Shown here: one piece after another, positions 17,871-26,934 of the stretch
Numbering within the stretch: the first letter of the stretch is position 1
How the letters are laid out: each line of letters starts with the position of its first letter
DNA from: a virus
Taxonomy: Duplodnaviria; Caudoviricetes
IMG/VR virus record: IMGVR_UViG_3300017909_001085
Span: 32,001-96,000 of that record
Length of the DNA stretch: 64,000 nucleotides
Strand: one strand, 5' to 3'
Notes under the pieces: model-generated
The model's database searches: none
Told to the model about the DNA's origin: nothing
The model's input: the letters and a program-made list of their open reading frames with translations, nothing else
Position numbers and translations under genes: made by a program

Positions 17871-18452
17871 TTAAATTTTGACTATTTCGTAGTGAGAGTA
17901 GGCAAATGATGCCGATGCGGTAAGATATGGCATTGTAGTATCAGTAATGTCAAACTGAATTGCTTCTAGTGAAGTAGGAAATAAGTCCTTAAATCTTACT
18001 TCTATATTGACTTTGTTGTTACTATCTGTAATACTCATTGTTGCATCTGTCATGGTAGGTGCGATAGGTTTTAGTGTTGCACTTCTTGCTGTTGGAAATT
18101 CTGCTTGTCTATTAATATAAGCATTATAATCGTCTGTGTCAAGGTCTGCAGTGATTTGTACCATCCAATCTTGCAATGCTTTGAAGTTTATCATGTTCTC
18201 ATCAATCAAGAATGTTATTAGCATATCACCAAATACCAGTGTATCACCAGGCAAAGGTGTATCTTTCATTCTGGTCGCCTGCAAAGATGATGACATAGAA
18301 ATGTTAGGTATGTTAGCAGTTTGACATGTGAATGCAACACCTTCTAGTCTTTGCATCGTGAATACGAATTGAGAGGGTGTCAAAAAGTTCAAATTAGATG
18401 CCGCTACACTATCGGTCCAATTTGTAATAGTTACGTTTGTATCATACGCCAT
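17871..18452 (-). CDS. g3: Tail completion / sheath stabiliser gp3
   Basis: NFLTPSQF, FTCQTANIP, PGD, FLIDE, FKDLFPTSL; position after g23. Confidence 0.9.
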   Translation of the reverse strand: MAYDTNVTITNWTDSVAASNLNFLTPSQFVFTMQRLEGVAFTCQTANIPNISMSSSLQATRMKDTPLPGDTLVFGDMLITFLIDENMINFKALQDWMVQITADLDTDDYNAYINRQAEFPTARSATLKPIAPTMTDATMSITDSNNKVNIEVRFKDLFPTSLEAIQFDITDTTMPYLTASASFAYSHYEIVKI

Positions 18453-18488
18453 AGTAGTTTCCTATCTTTATACTACTATTTATCCAAT

Positions 18489-18515
18489 AAAAAAGGGGAG
18501 CATTTCTGCTCCCCT
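18489..18515 (-). terminator. Rho-independent terminator after g23
   Basis: 9-bp stem AGGGGAGCA/TGCTCCCCT with a 4-nt loop, followed by a T run on the minus strand. Confidence 0.9.
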
Positions 18516-18546
18516 CTAAGTTTTCTCTCTCCCTTTAGGGATTATC

Positions 18547-19827
18547 TTACATCAAGTTAGTTACTGTTACCAATCTGTAGTAAGAGTTGCTATCTGCAGA
18601 GATAGAAGTGAATGGGTTTGACACTAGACCATATCTAGTCTTGAATCCAATCTTAGGTTGGAAAGTGTTCTCTCCCACTGCACGAACCATTTGCAGAGGC
18701 ACATATGGACAATAGAACAGACCAGCGTCATATGCGTTAGCGCCTTTGTAACCAACACAATAGAACTGATTGCTGTCACTGTCGTTTGCTGAGTATGGGT
18801 CAACGTACACTTTAATCTTACCGTTGATAGTACCAGCAAATGTGTTACCAGTATCATCTACGTTCAGATTAGTCTGAAGTGCAGGAGCGTAATCAAGTAC
18901 GCCTGCCATAGACAGTGCAGATGCTACATCACTTGAAGTGATGATGAAGTTACCCTTACCTCTACGAGTGTCTTGTGCGATAGTGTTCGCATCTCTTTCG
19001 ATTTGGAACAAGAGACCCTTAAATCTCTCTACGCTCCAACGACCGTTGGAATCAACGTCAAGGTCAAAAGTACCTGCACTTGCTACTGCACCAGACTGTG
19101 CGCCTGCTTTAGCAGAAGTGTATACAGTACGAACTACTTCACGGTTGATTTCAGCAAGAATTTCTGCTGAAAGGATGTTTGCGAGTTCAGTTTCAGCATC
19201 AAGACCATGAACTGCTTTCAAGTCTTGTGCAAGTTCAAGAGTGTATTCTGCTTTCAACGCTCTTGTCTTTGCTGTTACTGAAGTCTTTTCGATGGTGAAT
19301 GCCATCTCGTTGAACTGACCTGAGTTACCCATTGAGACTGCACCATCTCCAAGTGCTTCACCAGTACCGGTTCCAGCACCAGCGCCAGTTGCGTATGGTG
19401 ATTCCACTGGGTTACCGCCAGCATGTGCTGGGTTAACACCAGAGAAGTCTGTGTCTGCTTCGTTGTACAATGCTTCTGTACCACCCTGTGAAGAGTAGTT
19501 AGACTTCATTGCGAAAATCAGACCAGTTGGACCAGTCATTGGTTGCACACCACAGATGTCATATGCAATCAGATTTGGCATTGCTCTACGAACAAGCGAA
19601 ATCAGGATTGGGTCAAATTTTGCGATACCGCCTGTATCAGGCATTGTATCTGAATGGTTAGTCGGGATTGCTTCGTTAAGCATTCCACGCTCTTCACGCA
19701 TTGCTTTTTCTTGGTTCTCAAGAATTACAGTGGTGACTGCCTTCTTATAACTATCGCCGATTTGTGGTAAATCAGGATGGTCGAGGACAGGACCCCACTT
19801 TGATTGAAGGTTTTCTGTTAAAAACAT
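18547..19827 (-). CDS. g23: Major capsid protein gp23
   Basis: LISLVRRAMPNLIAYDICGVQPMTGPTGLIFAM, RALKAEYTLELAQDLKAVHGLDAE, FQPKIGFKTRYG. Confidence 0.99.
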   Translation of the reverse strand: MFLTENLQSKWGPVLDHPDLPQIGDSYKKAVTTVILENQEKAMREERGMLNEAIPTNHSDTMPDTGGIAKFDPILISLVRRAMPNLIAYDICGVQPMTGPTGLIFAMKSNYSSQGGTEALYNEADTDFSGVNPAHAGGNPVESPYATGAGAGTGTGEALGDGAVSMGNSGQFNEMAFTIEKTSVTAKTRALKAEYTLELAQDLKAVHGLDAETELANILSAEILAEINREVVRTVYTSAKAGAQSGAVASAGTFDLDVDSNGRWSVERFKGLLFQIERDANTIAQDTRRGKGNFIITSSDVASALSMAGVLDYAPALQTNLNVDDTGNTFAGTINGKIKVYVDPYSANDSDSNQFYCVGYKGANAYDAGLFYCPYVPLQMVRAVGENTFQPKIGFKTRYGLVSNPFTSISADSNSYYRLVTVTNLM

Positions 19828-19855
19828 TTTGTATCTCCTCGTTTCTTTCAGTTAA

Positions 19856-19863
19856 TATTTATA
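19856..19863 (-). promoter_or_regulatory. T4-type late promoter (g23)
   Basis: TATAAATA about 30 nt upstream of the ATG. Confidence 0.85.
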
Positions 19864-19870
19864 ATATTAT

Positions 19871-21151
19871 TTATTTGCCTAGTGTTCTGGAGATTGCAGA
19901 AACGTAGTCTTTCATCTCACCGGTTAGATTGACAGTTTCAGTTTGTTCTTCAACAGCAACCTCGTCCTCTTCGATAGGTTTGGCGACCTTTGGAAAGTAA
20001 CTCTCTTTGAGTGTTTCCAATTCTTGAGCGAAAGAATCCTCATCTTTGAATTCTACGCTTTCTACTAGTGACATGAACTTCTCTTTCTGAGTATCGGTCA
20101 AGTCTTTAGCAGATTCCTCAATTTTAATTGCTTTCTTTGCTTCGTTTACCAACTTAGCAGTTTCAGCATTCTTTTCGATTTGCTCATTGAGTTTCTCATT
20201 GAGTTCATCAATCTTTGACTGTTGTTCTGCCATCACATCATACTTGTCTTCTGGAACATCAATGTAATGCTCTTCAAATACTTTCTTCAGTGATACAATA
20301 AAGTCTTCTGTGATTTCAGACTTCAGACCACGCTCAACAGCGAGTTCGTTGTCTTGTGACCACTGCTCAACAACATATGAAAGATATGTGTCAACTTTAT
20401 CAGTCAAATCTTCAGCAATCTTAGAAGTTTCTTCTTCGATTTGTGTTTCGTAATGCTCTTCAAGTTCAACAATCTTTTCAGCAACTTTAGAGTTTACTGC
20501 CGCTTCAAATACAGTCTTTGCTTTTGCTTTGAATTCGTCATCAAACTCACCGCCTTCAGTCAGTGCATTTACATCATCTGACATATCGACTTCTTCATTT
20601 GCTTCTTTCTTTCCATGATAAGATGACTTCATATAACCGTAAGATGCTTTCATGTGCTTCATTTCTTTCATCTTATCGACCATGGCATGGAGTTTTTCTT
20701 TCATCTTCTCCATTTCTTCCATTTCTTTGTCATCATCGTCATCGTCATCGCCGTCATCGTCAGATGCTTCTTTTTCGTCATCTTCTTCTTTAGCGACAGT
20801 TTTCTTTGCTTCAACGATTTCGTCTTCTGATGCTTCTTCTTCAGCGACTACTTCTAAGTCTTCGTCTGTTTCGTCTTCTTCTTTAACTGGTGTAGCACCT
20901 GGTTTGATTTTTTGTTCGCCTTTGTTTGCTTCACCACCTGGTACTGCCGCTTTCTTGACTTTCTTAGTCATTTCAGCAGGACCATTCTTATCGTCTGGTG
21001 ATACAACAGCGGCACCAGCATCTTCAACGCCATCAGCATCGGCATCGATTTTTTTCATTGGTTCAGCGGCAACACCTTTACCACCAGGAGCAGTTGCTTC
21101 TTGCATAGATGCTTCAAGCAATTCTTTGATTTTGTCTTCTACATTTGACAT
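19871..21151 (-). CDS. g22: Prohead core scaffold protein gp22
   Basis: Acidic coiled coil; FKAKAKTVFEAAV, VDTYLSYVVEQW, FEEHYIDVPE, LKESYF. Confidence 0.95.
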   Translation of the reverse strand: MSNVEDKIKELLEASMQEATAPGGKGVAAEPMKKIDADADGVEDAGAAVVSPDDKNGPAEMTKKVKKAAVPGGEANKGEQKIKPGATPVKEEDETDEDLEVVAEEEASEDEIVEAKKTVAKEEDDEKEASDDDGDDDDDDDKEMEEMEKMKEKLHAMVDKMKEMKHMKASYGYMKSSYHGKKEANEEVDMSDDVNALTEGGEFDDEFKAKAKTVFEAAVNSKVAEKIVELEEHYETQIEEETSKIAEDLTDKVDTYLSYVVEQWSQDNELAVERGLKSEITEDFIVSLKKVFEEHYIDVPEDKYDVMAEQQSKIDELNEKLNEQIEKNAETAKLVNEAKKAIKIEESAKDLTDTQKEKFMSLVESVEFKDEDSFAQELETLKESYFPKVAKPIEEDEVAVEEQTETVNLTGEMKDYVSAISRTLGK

Positions 21152-21178
21152 TTGGACACTCCTTATTTGTTTGTCTAA

Positions 21179-21186
21179 TATTTATA
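21179..21186 (-). promoter_or_regulatory. T4-type late promoter (g22)
   Basis: TATAAATA in the intergenic gap. Confidence 0.85.
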
Positions 21187-21190
21187 TGTT

Positions 21191-21838
21191 TTATAGTTTT
21201 GACAAGAAATCGTTAAATGCGTTTAACTTTGCTTCTTGTAAAGAATTAAGTTTTGCTTTAGCAATATCTTGCTTATATCTTTCGATATTCACTTCTTTGA
21301 TGATGCCATTATCCCACACCCACTCTGCACCTTCCATGATGCCGTTTACAAAAGCATCTGGAGCAGACGGGTCTGCAACAATGTCGGCGGCGGTTGCAAG
21401 ATAGAAATCACCTTGCACTTCTTGGGCACCGTTACGTCCCTGTTTCAGAGACCCCATACCTCTAGAAGATACCCCCAATGTAGCGCCTTCATCCATCAAA
21501 TTCTTAACAATCTTACCATATGGAGTATCCATAATCTTTGCTTTGCCCATGACATTAGAACCATCCATTTTAAGTTCTGTAATCATGTGCGATACTCTTT
21601 CAAGATTGATTGTCGGACCATCAGGATGACCCAACTCACCAAACGCACGTTTGCGGTCGATATTATCTTTTGTATATCTCTTGACTTCTTTTTGCATAAC
21701 GTCAGATGGATATACTCGACCGTTTCTATTCTTGAGGTCGGACTGCATGAATACGCCCTCAATGAAATAATTTGACTTGCCATTCTTCTCTTCTACGAGA
21801 AAGTTAGCATCTTGAATTTCTTCTCTAATAAGTTTCAT
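21191..21838 (-). CDS. g21: Prohead protease gp21
   Basis: NRNGRVYP, GELGHP, VSH, GVSSRGMGS, DIVADPSAPDA. Confidence 0.98.
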   Translation of the reverse strand: MKLIREEIQDANFLVEEKNGKSNYFIEGVFMQSDLKNRNGRVYPSDVMQKEVKRYTKDNIDRKRAFGELGHPDGPTINLERVSHMITELKMDGSNVMGKAKIMDTPYGKIVKNLMDEGATLGVSSRGMGSLKQGRNGAQEVQGDFYLATAADIVADPSAPDAFVNGIMEGAEWVWDNGIIKEVNIERYKQDIAKAKLNSLQEAKLNAFNDFLSKL

Positions 21839-21840
21839 GA

Positions 21841-22197
21841 TTAGATACCTGCATAACCTGTTAGTTTTTTAAGTACTAGAACTGCAGTTCCGCCTGTTGT
21901 AATAGTTACTTTGATATCTTCGTCACTATCTGTGACCTCTAGTGCAGGTAGAATCCAATGACCAGAGGTTTCAACCGCCCCACTATCAAATTTGACTGTA
22001 CCAGTTGTAGCACTTTCAATTACTACATCTCCTGACCAGTAGATTTCTTTGATACCTACAGTAGGTGATGAAGCAGTTTGACCGGACACCCGAAAATTTG
22101 CACCATCAATATCAATTGTGGTATTTCCAGCACCGCCAGTCACACTGACTACGTTTGTCGTTTTGGTGACTTTTAGAAATTGTTGACCTATTGCCAT
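21841..22197 (-). CDS. Probable virion structural protein (beta-rich; paralog of 31215..31586)
   Basis: Has its own late promoter; C-terminal LKKLTGY matches LKKVSGF in the paralog. Confidence 0.7.
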   Translation of the reverse strand: MAIGQQFLKVTKTTNVVSVTGGAGNTTIDIDGANFRVSGQTASSPTVGIKEIYWSGDVVIESATTGTVKFDSGAVETSGHWILPALEVTDSDEDIKVTITTGGTAVLVLKKLTGYAGI

Positions 22198-22222
22198 TGC
22201 TTATACCCTTTTTATTTACTAA

Positions 22223-22230
22223 TATTTATA
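22223..22230 (-). promoter_or_regulatory. T4-type late promoter
   Basis: Intergenic TATAAATA. Confidence 0.8.
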
Positions 22231-22250
22231 AAAGTTTTACTTTTGTCTAC

Positions 22251-24590
22251 TCACTTACTTTTCATAAAATCTTTGAAGTTCATCGATGCTTTTAATACAG
22301 GATTAAAAGGTCGATTAATCTCCATATCTCCAACTTTTTGTGACATAGGTTTTTTCAACTTATGCACAACACCTTTATTTCGTCTTGCCATGTCTTTTGC
22401 ATCATCTGCTTTAGATGCGAACCCTATAATCTTACCTTTAGCATCTACTGCGACATGCGTATACTTGATTGCTTCATCAAGTTCAATTTCTTCTTTCACT
22501 CCTGCTAATTTATATGCCGCATTGGCAAGTTGAGTGACTTTCATTTTTCTCATTCTGTCTTGATTTTGTTTGTTTACTTTCTTAAAAATTTTCATAATTA
22601 ATGATGCAGTAAACATATCAACCATTACACCATCAATCTTCATTGCTTGTTTATCATCAACAACTTTTTGAATTTTATCAATCGTGCCACCAAACGCAGA
22701 ACCACCTACTTCATCTAGTTCAGTTTCTTCTTTTACTAAAAACTTACCCTCAATGGACAAATTATCATTACCACCAAAGTTGACTTTGAAATCTCCATCT
22801 TTATAATCTTTCATAATAGTGCCGACTGTTTTTTCATAATGACGCTGAGAGGGACTTTTCAAAGAACCTTTCTTCACCTTTACTTTGTCACCAACCTTAA
22901 ACTTTTCATCAAGTTGTTTGACTTCAGTTAAGTGATAACCTTTACCTTGGCAATGGTCACAACCTTCGCCTTTACACTGAGGACACTCTACTTTCTTTCC
23001 TACTTCTTCAGGAACTACTCTCAACGCACCCGAAACGTAAGCAGGATGCATCTTCAATGCTCTCTGAGCATCTTTCTCATCGTTACTATCAACGTATACT
23101 TTTATCTTTTTATTTCTACTATCAGCATCTACACGAAATTTGATACGACCCATTTTCTGAGCAATCTCTTTTCCAATACCATCACCCATCATTTTGTCAA
23201 AGACTTTTTGTTTCTTAGGGTCTTTGAAGTTTCCATCTTTATCAAACAGTTTTGCAAGATGTGGTGGTAGTGCTTCTTCTAGTTCAACTTCTTCCATATT
23301 GAGTTCTTTTCTTAACTTTGAGATTTCTCTTGAAAGAGCATCATGTTTTGGTGAACCAGAAGGAATCTTCATTGCTCTTGTGTACATCACCATAAGTGCT
23401 TTTAGTTTGTCAACATCCTTTTTGTCAATATTAAGTTCCTGTGCCATGCTCTTCATCTTACTTTCGTCTAGTTCGACTTCTTCAATCGCATACTTAGACC
23501 AAGAACCCTTAAAGTTTTTCTTCATCCACTTACTTACAATAGGACGGGCATCACCATTTGGATTCTTGTCGCCAGCAACACCTAAATCATCATATAACTC
23601 ATCATCACCGATGAACTCACCAACAACAGATATTGCATCATCTCCGCCTTTACCAAGTTTAATTGGTTTAGACATTGCTTTCTTCAGTCCTTGTTTCTTC
23701 TTTGAGGAATCAGGAAGCGCCCAAGTTCCTTCTTGTAGTTCTTCAAGCATCTCTGCGATATACCCTAATTCATCATTAGACAAAATCTCTTCACCCATAT
23801 TCAACAGACCTGCAACTTGCTTGCCCGGAATATAATCTGGTAGAATTTTTTCTAGTGATTTCTTAGGGTCTTTAGATTTCTGTGCATCTGCTTTGAATTT
23901 CTTTGCAAAAGGTTTCAATGTTCTGTCTTTATTCATAGCAGTTACGATGTCATCAATGTACATAGCAATCTGCTTCATCTTACCTTCTTCGATGCTTTCA
24001 TCAAAGTATTCGTTCTCTTTCAACTTTTGTACTGCTTTGTCAAAATCTCTTTTTGATTTTGCAAGAACTGTCTGTAGTTGTAACTTTGAAGCAGGTTTTA
24101 GTTTGTCGTAGATAGCAAGCAACTTCTCTGCATCTTTGGGATTTATTTTTGCTTTCTTACCATCAGCAAACTCAATAGGTTTCATACCTCTGAGCGATAC
24201 TGCTTTTCTCAATTGCATCATAATATTTTTATCTGCCGCTTTTCTATCGTCATCAGTAGCAAAGTCATCAATATCAGCGGCGTCTTTACCTCTTCTACGA
24301 CCCATTGCTCTCATTGCGTCACGCTTTGCACGATTTTCTTGCAACTCTTCACCCACAAGTTTCAAGTAATCTTTTACGACTTTTTGAGCATCTTTCTCGT
24401 TACGATACGAACCAGCATATTTTTCTCCATCAAAGTATACAAAGAACTTACCACCTTTTGTAGAGATAGTAACTTCTATATTTTTCTTTCGACCGACTTT
24501 ATCGGTCTTGACAATTTTCTCTCCACTGTCTACTTTGACTTTTTCAGCGAGATTTAATGTCTGTGATAGTTGGGTGAATGTGACTGACAT
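22251..24590 (-). CDS. Modular internal head / prohead-core protein (putative polyprotein), 779 aa
   Basis: Occupies the g67/g68 position between g20 and g21. Lys-rich modules are separated by EELQE, ESIEE, EEVELDE, EEVELEE, KQLDE, EETELDE and EEIELDE linkers. Confidence 0.7.
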   Translation of the reverse strand: MSVTFTQLSQTLNLAEKVKVDSGEKIVKTDKVGRKKNIEVTISTKGGKFFVYFDGEKYAGSYRNEKDAQKVVKDYLKLVGEELQENRAKRDAMRAMGRRRGKDAADIDDFATDDDRKAADKNIMMQLRKAVSLRGMKPIEFADGKKAKINPKDAEKLLAIYDKLKPASKLQLQTVLAKSKRDFDKAVQKLKENEYFDESIEEGKMKQIAMYIDDIVTAMNKDRTLKPFAKKFKADAQKSKDPKKSLEKILPDYIPGKQVAGLLNMGEEILSNDELGYIAEMLEELQEGTWALPDSSKKKQGLKKAMSKPIKLGKGGDDAISVVGEFIGDDELYDDLGVAGDKNPNGDARPIVSKWMKKNFKGSWSKYAIEEVELDESKMKSMAQELNIDKKDVDKLKALMVMYTRAMKIPSGSPKHDALSREISKLRKELNMEEVELEEALPPHLAKLFDKDGNFKDPKKQKVFDKMMGDGIGKEIAQKMGRIKFRVDADSRNKKIKVYVDSNDEKDAQRALKMHPAYVSGALRVVPEEVGKKVECPQCKGEGCDHCQGKGYHLTEVKQLDEKFKVGDKVKVKKGSLKSPSQRHYEKTVGTIMKDYKDGDFKVNFGGNDNLSIEGKFLVKEETELDEVGGSAFGGTIDKIQKVVDDKQAMKIDGVMVDMFTASLIMKIFKKVNKQNQDRMRKMKVTQLANAAYKLAGVKEEIELDEAIKYTHVAVDAKGKIIGFASKADDAKDMARRNKGVVHKLKKPMSQKVGDMEINRPFNPVLKASMNFKDFMKSK

Positions 24591-24596
24591 TTTTTT

Positions 24597-24779
24597 CTAC
24601 TGCTCCGCTTTTTCTATTTCTAGTTCACCTTTATCATTAAATAGAGTTTTTGATAGACGCTCTTTTGCTTGTGCAAGTGCATCTGCTACTTTGTCATTCA
24701 TTACTGACTGAAACTTATTTTCAGCATCTACAAAGTTTTTATCGTTAATATCTTTAATCATTGCGTTAATTTTTTTCAT
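24597..24779 (-). CDS. Small prohead core protein (gp67-like)
   Basis: 60 aa, directly after the portal gene; helical A...F...M..KV..AL pattern. Confidence 0.7.
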   Translation of the reverse strand: MKKINAMIKDINDKNFVDAENKFQSVMNDKVADALAQAKERLSKTLFNDKGELEIEKAEQ

Positions 24780-26290
24780 TAGAATCCACCTTCGTCATCT
24801 TCTTGTTCAGGCGCCGCTTCCGCTTCTGCCTCTATTTCACTATTTAGTGCTTCAATTTCATCGTCAGTTTGCTTCAGAATATTCTTACGAATCCATAACT
24901 GACTGTAGTATTGACCAGCATACTCTGCCGCATCTCTTACAAGTGCAAGACGCTCTCTAAGTATCTCTTGGTCTTTCAGTTCTGAGAACTGATTATCTTT
25001 TACATAATCATAACGAATATCTTCTTTCATCAGTTCCCAGTCTTCTTCAGTTATTACGCCTTTCAGCAATAACTGTGTACGCAACAAGTCTTGAAATAAT
25101 TCATTAAACTTCTTACGCAAACGACCTACGAACTTCGTAAATTTCAATTCATCACGATTAATCTCTGTTGCTCGACCTAACTGAAAACCACTTTCAGGTT
25201 GCATACGAGATTGTGGCACATTAAGTGCTAAGAACATCTTCTTCTTAAAGTACTCAATATCTTCAATCTCACCAAGGTTCTGACCACCACCTAATGTAGT
25301 AATCTCTGTACCTCTGCCGCCTTCTCTTCTTGGCATCCAAAAGTCTTCTAGCATGTTCATGAACTTACGGTCATCTTTAACTTCACCAGTATCACCATCA
25401 TACACTAACTTATTCTTAAAGTTATTCATGATATCTTTTAGATACTGTTCTGCTTTCAACTTAGGTAAGTTACCAACATCTACATAAAAAACTCTACGCT
25501 CAGGTGCCCTTGCAATACGATAGATGACTAGTGCATCTTCCATCATACGCAACTGATTGACTGGTTTGATTGCTTTGTGCAAATAACCTACAACCATATT
25601 ATTGTTCAAATCAGTTTGTCCAGATGGTACATAGCAAACACTATCTTTAGTTAGTGCTACTGCAGATGATTGTTTCATCTGTGAGATATTACCCATGACT
25701 TGACCTTCAGTATACAGGAAGTATTCTTTTATTTTTTTAATACCACCGATACCTTTAGATATCTCTTGTTGTTCATCTTTCTGAACTTCACGAACAAATT
25801 TTATTGAGCGTGGGTCAATAATTCTTAATTTTTGTATACCGTCTTTTTGATTTTTGGTATCTACAACTTTATGAAAGTATAGACGACCATCAATATACCA
25901 ACGCTTAAAGAGTTCATGAGAACGCTTGTTAAAGTCAAGCATTCTTAGAACTTCCTTAAACTCTTCATTTATTTTCTTCTTGATTGAACTTGAAACCTGA
26001 ACATCATCTAGAGTTATAGATACTTGTCTATCATCGTCAGACACGATTGCTTCATTGATGATATCATCAATTGCCGCTTCGCATTCTGGATGCATAGAAA
26101 TCTCACGATACTTCTTAATTAAGTCGTATTCGCTTTTTGCTTTATAATCCTGATTGACGAAAGTACCAAATGCGCCACCAGAGACGGTAGCGACACCATC
26201 ATCTGGTGAAGGAAGAATTATATCCTGCTTGCTTAAATTCTTCTCTTCTCCAGCACGACTGATTTCAAATCCGAAAAGTTTTACTGCCAT
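24779..26290 (-). CDS. g20: Portal vertex protein gp20
   Basis: LFGF, WYIDGR, YLHKAIKPVNQLRMMEDALVIYRIARAPERR, EDFWMPRREGGRGTEITTL. Confidence 0.99.
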   Translation of the reverse strand: MAVKLFGFEISRAGEEKNLSKQDIILPSPDDGVATVSGGAFGTFVNQDYKAKSEYDLIKKYREISMHPECEAAIDDIINEAIVSDDDRQVSITLDDVQVSSSIKKKINEEFKEVLRMLDFNKRSHELFKRWYIDGRLYFHKVVDTKNQKDGIQKLRIIDPRSIKFVREVQKDEQQEISKGIGGIKKIKEYFLYTEGQVMGNISQMKQSSAVALTKDSVCYVPSGQTDLNNNMVVGYLHKAIKPVNQLRMMEDALVIYRIARAPERRVFYVDVGNLPKLKAEQYLKDIMNNFKNKLVYDGDTGEVKDDRKFMNMLEDFWMPRREGGRGTEITTLGGGQNLGEIEDIEYFKKKMFLALNVPQSRMQPESGFQLGRATEINRDELKFTKFVGRLRKKFNELFQDLLRTQLLLKGVITEEDWELMKEDIRYDYVKDNQFSELKDQEILRERLALVRDAAEYAGQYYSQLWIRKNILKQTDDEIEALNSEIEAEAEAAPEQEDDEGGF

Positions 26291-26332
26291 ATTTTCTCCA
26301 CCTAATCATTATACCACGAACTTCAGAAAGAA

Positions 26333-26902
26333 TTAAGCAGTTGTATCTGCGGTCACATTACCGCCGAAACGACCACCAACACTTTCAAAGAACTGGTAAG
26401 TAAATTCACATGTAAACTCTGCAATTGCATCGTTTGTTCCAAAGTCTAGAGCAATCTCACCAATATTGGTTGGATATGCATCTCTGATTATGTATGACTT
26501 TAGAACATCATCATTTCTGTCAAGATGGTCAACTCTCAAGTCAACGAGATATTCTGCAGGAAACACTCTACCTCTGTTTGTGACTACGTTGTTGATACCA
26601 TTCTGCCAGATTTCTAATGCGTCACGAATTGCAAAAGAAGTGTCATTATAGACAGTTACGGTCCATGGAGTGAAAGTTCTTTCACCGCCAAAGTTTACTA
26701 CACGACCCCTATAGTTGACTGGAGTGTTACCGATTGTTGAACCAGGTAGTGCGGCGCCTCGGCATAGAAACTCACTGTCTCTGCCTGCTACACCTGCTAC
26801 TGCACCTGAGACATACTCAGGAAACGTCAGTGTACACTTAAACTGGTTTGCTCTCGCACCCCCACCAATCATACGGGACTTAAAGTCTGAAATTGTTGCC
26901 AT
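26333..26902 (-). CDS. g19: Tail tube protein gp19
   Basis: GGGARANQF, LPGST, RTFTPWTVTVYND, AYPTNI. Confidence 0.96.
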   Translation of the reverse strand: MATISDFKSRMIGGGARANQFKCTLTFPEYVSGAVAGVAGRDSEFLCRGAALPGSTIGNTPVNYRGRVVNFGGERTFTPWTVTVYNDTSFAIRDALEIWQNGINNVVTNRGRVFPAEYLVDLRVDHLDRNDDVLKSYIIRDAYPTNIGEIALDFGTNDAIAEFTCEFTYQFFESVGGRFGGNVTADTTA

Positions 26903-26934
26903 TTGTTATGCTCCTATTTACCTTTATTTATCCC

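Noticed and set aside
20652-21404. 250-aa plus-strand Ser-rich ORF
   Set aside because: Antisense shadow of the acidic gp22 codons (GAA/GAT read as Ser/Phe); no RBS or motif support.
23194-24557. Several plus-strand ORFs opposite the 779-aa gene
   Set aside because: Shadow frames caused by Lys/Glu codon bias.
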